Shown: piece after piece, positions 32,098 through 45,633 of the stretch
How the letters are laid out: every line of letters begins with the position of its first letter
Position numbering within the stretch: position 1 is the stretch's first letter
Source: the human T2T-CHM13v2.0 reference genome, Homo sapiens
Assembly (NCBI RefSeq): GCF_009914755.1
Contig: NC_060931.1
Strand: one strand, 5' to 3'
DNA: 64,000 nucleotides
Position numbers and translations under genes: made by a program
Notes under the pieces: generated by a model
Database searches by the model: none
What the model saw: the letters and a program-made list of their open reading frames with translations, nothing else
Told to the model about the DNA's origin: nothing

Positions 32098-34074
32098 CCA
32101 AATACCATGCTTCTCCAAAGCACTCCGCCCCTGGTATATTTCCGGGAGATAAGCCCGTTTTTCATATGAGAACAGTGAGCTCCAAGGAGCGGCCTGCCCT
32201 TGGCTTCTGTTCCCAGGGCGAGTGTGAAGGCTGAGCTTTTCCGTTCCCTCTTCCATGGAGCTTGGCTGGTTCCTATGAACTGCAAGTTAAGGTTTGTTAT
32301 TTTATAGTCCATTAAACAATCTTTTATAAAAATTAAAAACAAGTTATAATGTAAATGTAAACAAAAAGCTAACGTAAAAAGGTTAAAAAAATTATTTTGG
32401 TGACTTTTTTTTTCAAGGCCTGAAAGCCGCAATCAGATATTGTTATAATTTTAGGTGTCATAGATCATATCTTACATTTGTTTTTGTATTTATAACTCTG
32501 TGGGATTTACCAATCTTAGGGCTATAATACTTTTTATAACATAAGTGGAAGCTGTTTCCCAGGTTTGACTTGTTAGTCTTCTCTTCTGCCGTTAATTTAT
32601 TGGTTTGTTCTACGTATTTTACAAAATCCAAACCTTGAGAAACAAGGCTTGACAATTTAGCTCCATATACACTTCAAAACTTAAGAAATGGGGAGATGTG
32701 TTTCATTTATATTCTTTATTATTCATTTGACTTACAAAGTATATAGGCATGGAAATTGCCTGTCAGTTTTACTACTGAAAGCCCCAGCTACTCTTACTTA
32801 AGATTAAAGTCATTCTTTTTATAATCACTCACTTTCCTCCAAGAAAATTCTCTGTGTGGGGGGAAGTTTTCGATGGAGAAGGATTCTGTGTGGACTTCCA
32901 ACCCTTTAACCTAGGTTATAGTGGGATGTTAAGTCAGGAAATGACATATCGGGGCAGGAATCAGTTGTGCTCCCTCCCAAGTCTATTTTAAAGCACTTTC
33001 CATTTTAAATATAGCAATAAAATATCAGCCTCGAAATGTCTGATAAGGATAAAAGCAATAGATCCAAATCCAATCTAAATCTGACACTGCTAGGAACAAG
33101 AATTCACATTGGTAAGTCAGGACTCATTTATGGGGCCATAAATGGGTGGGCCAGCTATAATTTGGGTATTAAACTTGTAAAATATATTGATGGTATGGAA
33201 GAGCTAAATAAATAATTTACTACAAAAAAATTGGAAATCTTTACATGGTACTTAATTGACCAGTTGGTCTCCCAGATTCTCAGTGCTCCTTGCTTTGCAT
33301 TTATGTGTTTTTCATAGGCTGGATTTTCCTTTTCCTCACTTGAGTTTAATTTCCCTCTGCAATGAATGATCACAAGTTAGTGCATTTCTGAAAACACACA
33401 CAGTTTCCATTTAAAATTTTGCCAATCCATTACAGGCCTTTGACAATTTCATTTACCTGTTAGGAGGATAAATGTACCCCCACGTTCTGCCTGTTCCAGG
33501 ATAAGACAAATTTCTTTCTGGCCTCAAAAAGCCTTTTCAGTACCACATCTTATATTCCTGTGCTGAGCACATAATGGGAGGGGCTTCAAGGAGATGCTTT
33601 ACAAAATTTACTGAATCTTTTTGCTTGGTATTTTGGGAATCTGCTGAATAGAGAAAAAAAGTGATTTTAGAAAGATCTGTCACGGCCTCCTACACATCTG
33701 TGAGGTGCTAAGTGTGGTTGGAGAAGGGAAAGGAGAATGAAAATATGGAAACTCAAAGTAAGACAGTGTTATTTATGTATGTATCCAGGAAAACAAGATT
33801 TCTTGGACGATTTTAAATTTATTTAATAGTAACAGTATCTCATATGTGTATAACAATTACTTGTTTCCAAAGACTTTCGTATCTTTTATTTTTTCACCTC
33901 TTGTGATATTCCGCCAAAGTAAACAATAGAGGTATTACAATGGCCAGTTTTACTAGATGAGAAAACTGAGGTTTGGGTAAATTGGGACTTGCACAAAGTA
34001 GTTTATACAGCAAATTGGCTGGTGCTTAGAGCCCGATTCTTCAGAATCCCAGGTTGACTCTACTGTGAAGGATC

Positions 34075-34600
34075 ATTTTGTGCTTTCACTGGCAGGTAAT
34101 AGAAAGGCCACCCCAAGCAAGCTTAAATAATAAAGAGTTGCATTGGCTTGTGTAATGAGAAACCAAGACGGGGTGGGCTTCAGGCTTGGTTCCATCTAGG
34201 TTTTGACTCTGTTTTTCTGCAGTTCTTTCTGTTCTGTGCCCTTCTGGGAGCTGACTTTGGCTTCTGGCTGGTGGTTGGTAGCAATTGAGGCAGCATGCCT
34301 CCTAGTTCACCCCTACCAGGTTGACAGTCTGATGTCCCCATTGTTATCTCTTAAAAGCAAGGTAGGACTTTCCTGGAAACTTCCAGCAAGATTTTTCTTT
34401 CTCCAGAATTGGAGTGCATGACATCCTCAGTCAGTGACTAGCGTGGACCATGGGATTACTTTGATGAGCTTAGTCTAATCAAAGCCAATTCTGAGTGACT
34501 GGTTATTCTGAAGAGGGAATCTATCTGAACAAAAGCAGGATCCTTGTAGGAAGAAAGAGGTGAGAATGGGTGATGGGTAGACAATCAACAGAGTCCTCTA
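34075..34600 (-). mobile_element. Old MLT1 LTR (degenerate)
   Basis: ggtaatagaaag...gcttaaataataaag...ggcttcaggcttggttccatctagg. Confidence 0.5.
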
Positions 34601-35602
34601 CAGTTACTTTGTAAGATTTCAGTAGGCCACACGTTTGAGGAAATCCATGTGTTTGTTATGGAACAAGGTAGCCAAAGAGACCTTTTTCGTTTGGCCAGAG
34701 GGACTGATGAAACAACTAAATCCTGGTTGTTTCGCAGTCTCTTATGCAGCTTCTTGTTTCCCCAGCAGCATCTGTGCTCTCCCACATGGCTTCTGCTTGG
34801 TCTTCTGCCAGACCCTGGGCTTCTCACAGGCACAATGGCTGTGCCTTACGCTCAGGAAAGCCAGGGTTTGCCAGAAGCACTCACTCCCCGAGTCCCTAAC
34901 TTCATCCTCTCCTAGACCCCATTTCTGAAGTGAAAGTACACAGAGGAGTTAGTCATAGAGAGTCTTGTGCAATTCTAAGAGGGAAAATGGGTGAGAGTTC
35001 ATTGTTTTCCCTGAAGCAAGGCTTGGCAGTCCAAAATATTCCCCAATGTGCTGAAGTTAGTTTACCAGCAATGTGTTTTTCTTATACCAAACTGCTGTCC
35101 GAGCCACAACCTTGTTGAAAAGAGTAGGGCCATACAGCTTACACAACTCTATCTGTCCTCCCCGACAATTACCTTATAGAACAGTACGCACTAGGAAACT
35201 TTAAATTTTTTGTCTGGAGAATCCTTGGTGTTCTAAATATGCAAAGCCTTCATCGCATCAGGCACCACCTCTTACCCTGAAGACAAGCCACACTCTGGCT
35301 GTTAATCTAGGCCCAGCCAAACACACCAGGGTCTGATGGGCCAGATCCCACAGTACAGAGGATGTATGCTCAGAGAGCACTGCTTAAAATGGAGGTCGCT
35401 GGAGATGCTGAGGAGGAGGTGCCCAGCTTCCTTTAATACCATCGTGTGTTTTCAAGTGGAAGATTCATTTAAGCAGGGGAAAATACCTTCTCCCTAGGCT
35501 TCAGGCCCAGGTAGGTAATAAAAAGCAAAGAACACAACTCCAAACCCCAAACACTATGTCTTTTTAAATGACGTTTGAGGCTTAGTTACTCACGTGTGAC
35601 TA

Positions 35603-35779
35603 GCAGGATTGGTGTCATAATTTGCAGGGCTCTGTGCAAAATGAAAATGTGAACTCCTTGTTCAAAAATTATTAAGAATTATACGACAGTGACAGCAAAG
35701 CATTAAATCAAGCATGGAGCCCTTTTAAGCACAGGCCCTATGCAACTTCACAGGTCTTACACCTACAAAGCCAGACTTG
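35603..35779 (-). mobile_element. MER45A (hAT-Tip100)
   Basis: cataatttgcagggctctgtgcaaaatgaaaatg...ccttgttcaaaaattattaagaatt is the reverse complement of MER45A. Confidence 0.85.
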
Positions 35780-35959
35780 GTGACTGTGCTCTGTAAAGTG
35801 ACAGAGCACATTTTCTCTCACTATTTACTGTAGCTATTTCTTAGCTCTAAACAGTCATTTCCTTTCAAAGAGCTCGGAACATGGAAAACTAAATAGTTTG
35901 GATATTAAGAATTCTTTTAATTGAAGGAGGAGAGCCTAGAGACAGATAAAATTGTGAGT

Positions 35960-36200
35960 TTTTGTTCTGGAGTCAGCCTTGATTTGCTAGAGTCAAACCT
36001 GGTTTGATTGTGCTTTAATCTCTGAATCGCCTTCAGTGAATCGCTTCAGTCTCAAAGTCATTGTCTCATTTATTGTAAAGCAGGGGCAATTCTTGTGCCT
36101 ACCTTATTGGACTTCTAGAAGAATTAAATGTAATATTGAATGTAAAGTACTTAGCATAATGCCTGGCTCATATTATTGCTCAACAAATATTAGCAATTGC
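35960..36200 (+). mobile_element. MIR SINE
   Basis: gtaaagtacttagcataatgcctggc 3' part. Confidence 0.65.
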
Positions 36201-36319
36201 CATAATAATTATGAACTGAGAAAGGGATGGTTGAGGACTGAGACTCCTCGAAGGATATCGTAGGATTCGGGGGTTTAATTTATGTTCTGTTTGCCTGAGC
36301 CTAGTTACCACTAGAAAGT

Positions 36320-37065
36320 TTAAAAATGTTTTCTGATGATATATTCTTTATTTGTAGAAAATTTTAGAAAAAAAAGCGAAATTTATACATGGATTAATCA
36401 TTCAAAGGTAACAACTGTTAGTTTTTTAATGTATTTCCCTGAAATTTTCTTTTTTGCATGTATGTGTATGAGAATTGTACCCTAGTGTAGCTTTAGTTTT
36501 ATATTCTGCTTCCTCCCCTTCCTGTAAATATCACCTTATGGCATTAAATTGCTTTAAAAATTTTTCATGACAGCTTAATTCTGTATTGTGCAGATGTTCC
36601 ATAATTTGTTTCCCTATCTCATGGACTTTTAAGCCATTTTCCATTTTTCAGTATTGTAAATTATGCTATGAATGGCCATGTGCATATATCGCTGATCACC
36701 TCTGACTATTCCTGTCTTAGAGAAGAGTCCTCTTTTAAAGAAGGGATCTAGAAATGCATGGGTTAAGCCTCTTGCCATGTATGATACTTCCAAAATGATT
36801 GTACCAGTTTCTCTCCCATCAGGTAGGGATAGGGGGATCCTATCTTCCAAGACCTTCTCCAACATGGAGCTATTTGTAAACCTTTGACCATTTGATAGGC
36901 ACAAAAGTTGTCATATCTATAATACTCTGTTGCTTTGACCAATAGTGAGATTGGGCATATTTTCATGTTTATTGAGTATGTTTACTATTTACTAAGTATT
37001 TATGTTTCTTTGTGAATCATAAGTTCATGGCTTTTTGCCAGTTTTTCTATTGGGCAATTTGATTT
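36320..37065 (-). mobile_element. Old L1M 3' region fragment
   Basis: ccataatttgttt...tgctatgaat...tttgataggcac...ttttctattggg antisense L1 text. Confidence 0.65.
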
Positions 37066-37694
37066 GTGCCCAATTATTATCTGTTTTTTGCTCAATTATA
37101 TTATTTTTAATAAGGTACCCCAGATTCTTACCTCTCCTAATAATGCATAATGAATACATCAGGTAGTTTTCTGTAATAATGCAGTGTTACTTCTAAAAAC
37201 ATTTAGGACCAGAACAGAGTACGAAGTGGTGAGATGGTAAGGTATTTGACAAATATGGCTATTGACAGCTTCTTTCACCATCATAGTCATGTTAGGTGAA
37301 ACTTGCTTTTTAAGAAAAATTATTACAATACTAATAGAGAGCAATTCTTCCATATTTTACAGGGTTATCATCAAATGTTAGTAGTAATTAGGACTGTGAT
37401 TTTTATTTTATTTTATTTTATTTCCTATTATTCCTTGTATTTTTCAAAATTTATATCCTGAACACATATAGCCTTTTATTATCCGTTTTACAGTTAAACA
37501 ATAAAAACAAACAAATTCAAAGACCTAGTAATGGCTAGAATAAGCCTGTAATATTTTTGTTTCATATGATTTAGCAGAACTGAAGTTGCAAGTAAAATTA
37601 TTTGACAAATTACAAATGAGCTATTTAGTCCTATTACCTTTTTAGTCTTTATACAATCCAATCTTGCAGTTGCCTGCACTCCCCTAAAGGGGAT

Positions 37695-37930
37695 GTAATG
37701 CAGTGGGTACCACAATAGGATATCGGGTCAACTAGATCTGAGGTCACATCCACATAGCCTCATGTTGGTTGTGTGACCCTGGACATTAACATTTTTGTGC
37801 CTTAATTTTGTTTCTTTTAAGATGGGGACAATAATATCTTCCTCTTCCTAATAAGGTTGTTGTGAGAAATAAATGAGAGTATTTAACACAGCCATAGGCA
37901 CCCAGTAAGTGCTCAACAAATAGACTTCAT
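37695..37930 (+). mobile_element. MIR SINE
   Basis: gtgtgaccctggac...aagatggggacaataata...ggttgttgtgagaaataaatgag. Confidence 0.75.
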
Positions 37931-38219
37931 TTTTATTAAATAGAGTTGATGTTAAGCCTATTTGAACAAATACATTGGATTCAGTGACAGCACTGAAAGT
38001 CAAGCCTACAGAGGCCTTTTTTTATGCCTCTTGTGCCTTCACCCTGAGCAAGTGATGTCAAGGGACAAAGTCCACTGCGATCACACCTGCCTGCCAAATA
38101 GGGTCTCATGTAGAACAGACCACTGTTCTCCCAGGAAAGGCCCCGTGTGGCTGTGTGTGTAGACTTCTCTGTCTCTGTCTCTGTCTCTGAGTCTCTCCCT
38201 GGCTCGCCCTCTCTGTTTC

Positions 38220-38878
38220 CCACACACCACACATCCACACACCCACACACTCACAGACTCACACACTGCACACTTACACATCACACACACACTTTCATAC
38301 ACCACACACTCAGACTCACACACACACCATACACACTTACACCACACATTCACAAACCACACATTAACACATACCACACACACACCACACACTCAGACTC
38401 ACACACATGCCGCACACTCTCACATATCACATGCTCAAACACCCACACATTCAGACACACCGCACACACACACACCACACACTCACACATACACCACATG
38501 CTCACACCACACAGACTCACACCACACACATACACTTACATAACCACACAGACTCAGACACTCATACACCACATGCTCACCCACCACAGACTCACACACA
38601 CCACACACTCATACAATCCCACACTCACACACCACACACACTACACACTTACACACCCACTCACCACACGCTCACACAGCACACACTCCTACACTACAAA
38701 CACAACACATTCACAAACCACACATTAACACCCACAAACCACACACAGACACTCACACCCCACACACGACACTCCCACACACCACACACCCACCTCACAC
38801 ACTCCTATACCACACAACACATTCACAAACAACACATTAACACCCACACACCACATACACCACACACACACCACACCC
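38220..38878. repeat. Long degenerate CA-rich low-complexity / minisatellite-like block
   Basis: About 660 bp almost entirely C/A, with recurrent sub-motifs. Confidence 0.95.
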
Positions 38879-38899
38879 TCTCTGATCTGAGCAAGTTGT

Positions 38900-39388
38900 T
38901 GTGGGCAGAAGAAAAATATTTTTTCCTTGCGCTCATCTTAAGTTTATTGGCTGGGGCCCTGGTAATAAAAGACAGAGAAGAGCACACACATTTATGTGAT
39001 CTAAGTTTTCTGACACACGGGAGACCATCAGGAGACACAGAGCCGAAGGAGCAGTTAAACCCGTGTGTTTCTCTGCTAGGTTTGAGGAAGAGCGAAGAGT
39101 GTTGGAGAATATGACAAGACAAAGGAGGTCTGAATGAAATGTTAGGCCTGGGGACCTTAGTAAGGCCTGCTCGTCCACATTCCTCCCAGCATCCCTGCGT
39201 CTTCAGAGGCAACACTGCTGCTTCTCTCTGGGTCTAGGGGGTCACCTCTCTCAAGAGGGGCTTATGACCTGCTTCAGGGGAAGGTCAGAAGCTCTGTCTT
39301 GCACATGCTATTTCTCAAATTCCTTCAGCTTAAGATATTCAATATACCCCATGCCCTATTTTGGAGTAGCATGTCCTGAACCCCGTTA
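38900..39388 (-). mobile_element. ERV1 LTR (MER34/MER4-group-like)
   Basis: Ends ttctcaaattccttcagcttaagatattcaatat...ttttggagtagcatgtcctgaacccc; exact subfamily uncertain. Confidence 0.7.
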
Positions 39389-39854
39389 TGTGGTGATGGA
39401 GGGTATACATTAGTTGATTACTTTCCACTGATTTTCACTGTACACGAGGTTGTAACCACAAATATGGTGGCAGTCAGTGAGAAGTTTAAATGACAGAATG
39501 CGTTCCCTTTAAATGTGGACATAATACTTTAAAGCACACTCTATGACTAGAATTAAGCATTAGAAAGCAGATGTTTTAACAGGACTGCTTGACTCAACAG
39601 ACAGACCAACCTGTGATTAAGGCAGAAGCCCATGGGTGTACCCAGGAGGCTGACGTCCTTTCTCCCAATTAGATGGGCAGGCCCTATAAATCTTAAACTA
39701 AATGTTGTCTATAAATTTGGCAAAGAATTGCAACAACTCTAACGCTGGTAAGGGGAGACAGGCATTCTCATATCCTACCAGGGCAGTATAACTCGAGACT
39801 GTCATCTGGAGGGCAATTTGGCAATGCAAAGTTTGATCAGTAAACCCACTGTGT

Positions 39855-40470
39855 ATCATTAGTGAGGATACTTTTAGATGCAAAGAATAGAAAACCTAGA
39901 CAAAAACAACTTAGCCAAAGAAGAAATTCATTATCTCACCTAACAAGAATTCTAGAGGTAAGGGAAATCCAGAGCTTGTTAACTGAGTAGCTCTGTGGTC
40001 ATCAGGGTCCAGTGTCTTTTCTACCTTTCTGCTCTGCCACTCCCAACATATGGGGTTGTCCTCATGGTTAATTCATAATGGTCATAGTATGGCTGCAGCA
40101 GCACCAGCCATCACAGACTCATTTGACAATGTCCAAGGGCTGGAAGAATGTCCCTCTCTTGTGTCCCTATTGAAGAGGAAGAAACCTTTCCAGAAGCCCC
40201 TCTGTCTGCCTTCGCGTGGCTAATTTTCCCTCTAAAATTTCCCTCTAAATTTTTCCCTCACGTGGCTAATTGACTAGAAACATATCACACATCTATTTTA
40301 AATCCTATCATTGGCAAAGAGAGTGAAATTGCACAATTGGCTTGGGGCTGAAGAGAAACTTGGCTTTCTCTGAAGCACAGACCCTCCCAAAATCTGAATC
40401 AGGTATGAGTTCAATTAACAAGGAAGAAGTTGGTGGATCCTTGCTGTCTAGGCCATCAGTAGAGTCTGTC
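39855..40470 (-). mobile_element. Old MLT1 LTR
   Basis: tgcaaagaatagaaaacc...atggctgcagcagcaccagccatcaca...aaacctttccagaagcccc. Confidence 0.65.
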
Positions 40471-40493
40471 ATCCTTTTTAAAGCAGGGCTTTA

Positions 40494-40873
<380 letters not shown>

Positions 40874-41185
40874 TCAATATGGGGCTTGGTGAAAATTACT
40901 ATCTTTATGATACATAATTATAATAAAAGTAAAATACAAAGTATTGAGAAAGATATGACACATTGAATTTGTATAAAACTTCCAAATAAAACCTTTTCAG
41001 GTTGTAACACAAGAAACCTGAGCTTGCTTCTAGAGACACATATTTTTCTATTTCAGGTTTTATGTTGAAATAGCTACACTGAACTCTTGATCAAGACTTT
41101 TCTTTCAATGATGATTTCTTCAAATTCTTTATAGTCACCAGAGGAGAACTTTATTCTTAAAATAGGTGATAAAAATAATTAAATT

Positions 41186-41648
<463 letters not shown>

Positions 41649-42140
41649 TTAAACCATTTTTACAACCATTTGAACATTTTCTGCAGTTGCAAATCTATTT
41701 AAAAAATTAATAGGTCTTCTTTTTCTTTCACTGACAAATATAACAGTGAAATTTCTTTTATTAATGAAAGTGGATTTCAAACTCATTTGAACTTTTTCAT
41801 AACAGGTCTTTCAAAATCATGACACTGTTCTAATGTACATATGAAATGGTAAAGTGGGTATTATTACCTAGCCAAGATGCCGGTACAAAGGCACCTCAGG
41901 TACAAGTGGACAGAGGTGTACGGTATAGATGAAAAAAATGCCTCCTGGATGAGCCCTTCCAGAGCCCTGTATTCAGTCTCCATTTTGCCCCTCTGTTTAA
42001 TAATTGCACTTGGGACATAAACTCCCCCAGCAGCTCCATAGGTCCTTGTCTTCCAAGGGCATGGTGTGATCCATAGCCACCTGCTTGGGGAATCACCCTT
42101 TCCCCATGCTTAATAGGTTACTCAATAGGTTACTCTAGAA

Positions 42141-42322
42141 CAGTGGTTTTCTGAGTGTATTCCCCAGACCAGAAGCAAGAGCATCATCTGGGAGCTAGTT
42201 AGAAATGCAAATTCTGGGGTCTTACCCTAGACCTATTGAATCAGAAACTCGGGGTGGGCCCAGCCTGTGTGTCACAAGCCCTCCAGGTGATTCTAATGCG
42301 CCCTCAAGTTTGAGGGCTATAG
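42141..42322. mobile_element. MER5A (hAT-Charlie)
   Basis: gttagaaatgcaaattctgggg...gaatcagaaactc...acaagccctccaggtgattctaatg. Confidence 0.88.
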
Positions 42323-42429
42323 TTGCAAACACTGAAGACAGATGTTGCTCATCATGCCCAACTATACATGCCCTGTTAGTCCTCACTCCAACCGTGGACT
42401 GAGAGGATTGCGATCTTGTGGTTAGCTTG

Positions 42430-42829
42430 TGTCTTACTCCATTTGTGTTGCTATAAAAGAATACTTGAGGCTGGGTACTTTATTGAGAAATTTTGGCTCA
42501 AGTTCTGCAGGCTGTAGGATAACGGTATCAGCACCTGCTTCTGGTGAGGGCCTCAGGAATCTTCCACTCATGGCGGAAGGCAAAAGGGAGCAGGCATTAC
42601 ATGGTGAGGGAGGAAGGAAGATTGAGGGGCAGGGTCAGAATCTTTTAATAATCAGTTCTCAGGGGAACTGAGAGAGTGAGAACTCACTCACTACCACGAA
42701 GACAGCACCAGGCCATTCATGAAGGATCTGCCCCCATGATCCAAACACCTCCCACTAGGCCCCACCTCCAACATTGGGGATCAGATTTCAACTCGAGGTT
42801 TGGAGGGGACAAACATCTAAACTATATCA
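42430..42829 (-). mobile_element. MSTB-like MaLR solo LTR
   Basis: tgtcttactccatttgtgttgctataaaagaatac...ggggacaaacatctaaactatatca. Confidence 0.88.
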
Positions 42830-43166
42830 AACTGTGACTCATCCAAGGCACACAGTCTCTGCTCCAAAGCAAGGGTGCAGCTCCACCTCTTGCCTCTGGC
42901 AGTTTTGAATGAAATAGCTGAAAGCAGAAAGCAGGACAGAACAACAGCCAGGGGAGGAAGGCCTGAGGCAGCCACCCATGGGATAGTTAGGGCCCATTGT
43001 ATGTTTCCTTGGCTGTGGAAGTCATATTTCCCTTAGCATTGTTTAAAGTTGTCCAAGATTGATAATGGTGACAAGCCTGCCTCTGTCCCCATCAGAACTC
43101 CAGAGAGCAGGAGTAGCCGATCTCAGCCATTGGTGCCACCCACACGGGAAATGAGAGCACTTCCTC

Positions 43167-43170
<4 letters not shown>

Positions 43171-43213
<43 letters not shown>
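43171..43213. repeat. (AC)21 microsatellite
   Basis: Perfect run. Confidence 0.97.
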
Positions 43214-43214
<1 letters not shown>

Positions 43215-44124
43215 CATTAGCAGTTATGGTTGGGCACTGTCTCACAAGATCTCACCTCCTATAGGGCTTGTCCCTTTGTTCATGAGGAAAGATGGGACCA
43301 GAATGCTGTGGGATGCAAAATCAATTCATTAGATCACAGGGTGCCTGGAAAGTGGTGTTAGATTTTTGACTTTAGAGAGAGGGTCTAGCAGACACTCAAC
43401 CACTTACCAGATGTCCCTGAGTCTACTGCTCAAAGTCAAGACAGTCTTTCCTTCCAGGGTAACACTTTTGGTAGTCAATAAAATGTGCATGACAGCAGAG
43501 GGTGGCACTGGTCCTAAGGAAGAATTTACACTGGGCTTTGTCTCTCCCCTCTGGTGTGTTTGTTTCTTACCCTTGGAGGGTGATTTAGGATGGAGAGCTG
43601 AGAGGGTACCCAAGAGCCAAGGGGCATCATTTTCCATTCCATTCCTCACCAGCTGGACAAAATAGTACTATGCCTTGATATTGTGGTACTGACTACCCTA
43701 TAGCATTTGATGCTTAAAAAGCATTTTCACATACTGGATCTTTGGAGTCTCCCTAGGACAGTAGTATGAAGGAGAATTTGAACCTCAGCATAAGTGACTT
43801 GCCCACGGGAATATGTTTGATTTGTGCAAGTGGAGATCTGAACACAAAGTATCTGGATCTAAGCACTGTCCTCTTCTTGCCCCAAAACAAGACCTCCTTG
43901 CCGCTTCACCTTGCTCATCCTCAGCAGGTCAGGGTCAGTTTCTTTCCTACAGACTTTAATGACGAAACTTTCTGAGACTTGCTTTGTCTAAGAAAACCAT
44001 CTCATGTTGTTAAACATCTTCAGGCTTGGGAAATTCTTCTTATATTGGACTAACATCCTTGCTTTAAAAATCGTAAGTAAGCCCATTTTTTCTCTTTCCT
44101 TCCTGGTAAAAAGTGGGGTATAGT

Positions 44125-44420
44125 AATAACAACAACTAAATTTATCGAGCATCACTATATTCTAGGCATGCTTCCTCAACTTCATGAGGAAAGTACTATT
44201 ATAACCCCATTTTATAGATAAGGAAAACCCCATTTTATAGATAAGGAAAAACGAGGCATAAGATGTTAAGAACTGGTATAACTGGCCCAAGATGGAAAAA
44301 AACAGAGGCGTAGGATGTTAAATAACTTGTCAGAGTTAAAATGGCTAATGAGTGATTATGTAGGGATTTGAGCCCAGGTGGTTTGACTCCAGAATCTATG
44401 TGCCTGATTCCAGGACCATG
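44125..44420 (-). mobile_element. MIR SINE with internal tandem duplications
   Basis: ccccattttatagataaggaaa core is present twice. Confidence 0.75.
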
Positions 44421-44938
44421 TTGACTTTAAGTAAAAAAAAAAGAGATCCCTGATAACTTGCTTTCTTTGTGTATCTCAGTGTAATTCCTTCATTCTCTCT
44501 CAAAATAAATCCAGCTGCTTTTGTAGTTTTCCCCAGGTGTTACTTACCATTCAGTTAATCTCTTTTTTCCCCCCTGTTAGCTGCACTTCAGCAGTAAACA
44601 CATTTGGGAGGCTGTTCTAACATTCTTTTACTCCTGGGTTATTACTTCCACTGTGGCAAAACTGTTATACCAAATTTGGGTGTAGATCTCCCTTAGGAAG
44701 TTTTTCCAGGTCCTGCTTCTACATGACCAACAGGAATCTCCACTCCTGTTTCCTCCAGGCAACACACTTCAAAGTTCACATTAGACAGACTCAGCTAACC
44801 ATTATTCTTGAGGCTGCTATAAAATTTCCCAATGTAATCAGTACGAAAGATTTCTATCATTTTGCATAATTTTAGGTTAATTTACATGAAGTAATTAAAA
44901 TAAAGACAAACTAAAGTCTAAACTGTCGGTTGAACCTG

Positions 44939-45223
44939 TTTTGTTGTTGTTGTTTTGATTTGTTTTTTGAGAAAGGGTCTTGCTGTGTATCTCAGGCTGC
45001 AAGCTGGAGTGCACTGGTGCAATTATGGCTCACTGCAGCCTCCACTTCCCAGGCTCAAGCAATCTGCCCACCTAAACCTCCAGCAAAGCTGTTTATTATG
45101 TTTAGTAGAGATGGGGTCTCCCTATGTTGCCCAGGCTGGTCTTGAACTCCTGAGCTCAAGCAATCCCCCTGCCTCAGCCTCCCAAAGTGCTGGAATTATA
45201 GGCGTGAGACACTGCACCTAGCC
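44939..45223 (-). mobile_element. AluJ with internal deletion
   Basis: J-type ggctcaagcaatc and ctcctgagctcaagcaatcc; TSD tgaacctgtttt. Confidence 0.92.
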
Positions 45224-45269
45224 TGAACCTGTTTTAAAAGCTTGGAATTCAGAAACACTGAAAGGAGTG

Positions 45270-45633
45270 TGTATTAAAAGAACTACCTGAGACTGGGTAA
45301 TTTATAAAGAAAAGAGGTTTAATTGGCTCACGGTTCTGCAGGCTGTACAGCAAAAATAGCTGGGGAGGCCTCAGGAAACTTAGAATCATGGTGGAAGGCA
45401 AAGGGGAAGCAGGCACGTTTTACGTGGCTGGAGGAGGGGGAAGAGAGAGAAGGGGGAGGAGCTACACATTTTTAAACAACCAGATCTTGTGAGAACTCAC
45501 TCACTATCAGAAGAACAGCAAGGGGGATATCCACCCCCATGATCCGATAACCTCCCACCAGGCCCCTCTTCCAACATTGGGGATTACAATTTGACATGAG
45601 ATTTGGGTAGAGACACAAATCCAAACCATATCA
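45270..45633 (-). mobile_element. MSTA-like MaLR solo LTR
   Basis: gaactacctgagactgggtaatttataaagaaaagagg...acacaaatccaaaccatatca; TSD-like gagtg/gaatg. Confidence 0.9.

Noticed and set aside
31797-32432. 211-aa minus-strand ORF
   Set aside because: Half is antisense THE1 LTR and half is AT-rich flank; non-ATG start and no recognisable domain
38147-39114. 193-aa and 235-aa His/Thr-rich ORFs
   Set aside because: Translation of the CA-rich repeat, which is nearly stop-free by composition, running into an LTR; no sign of a real protein
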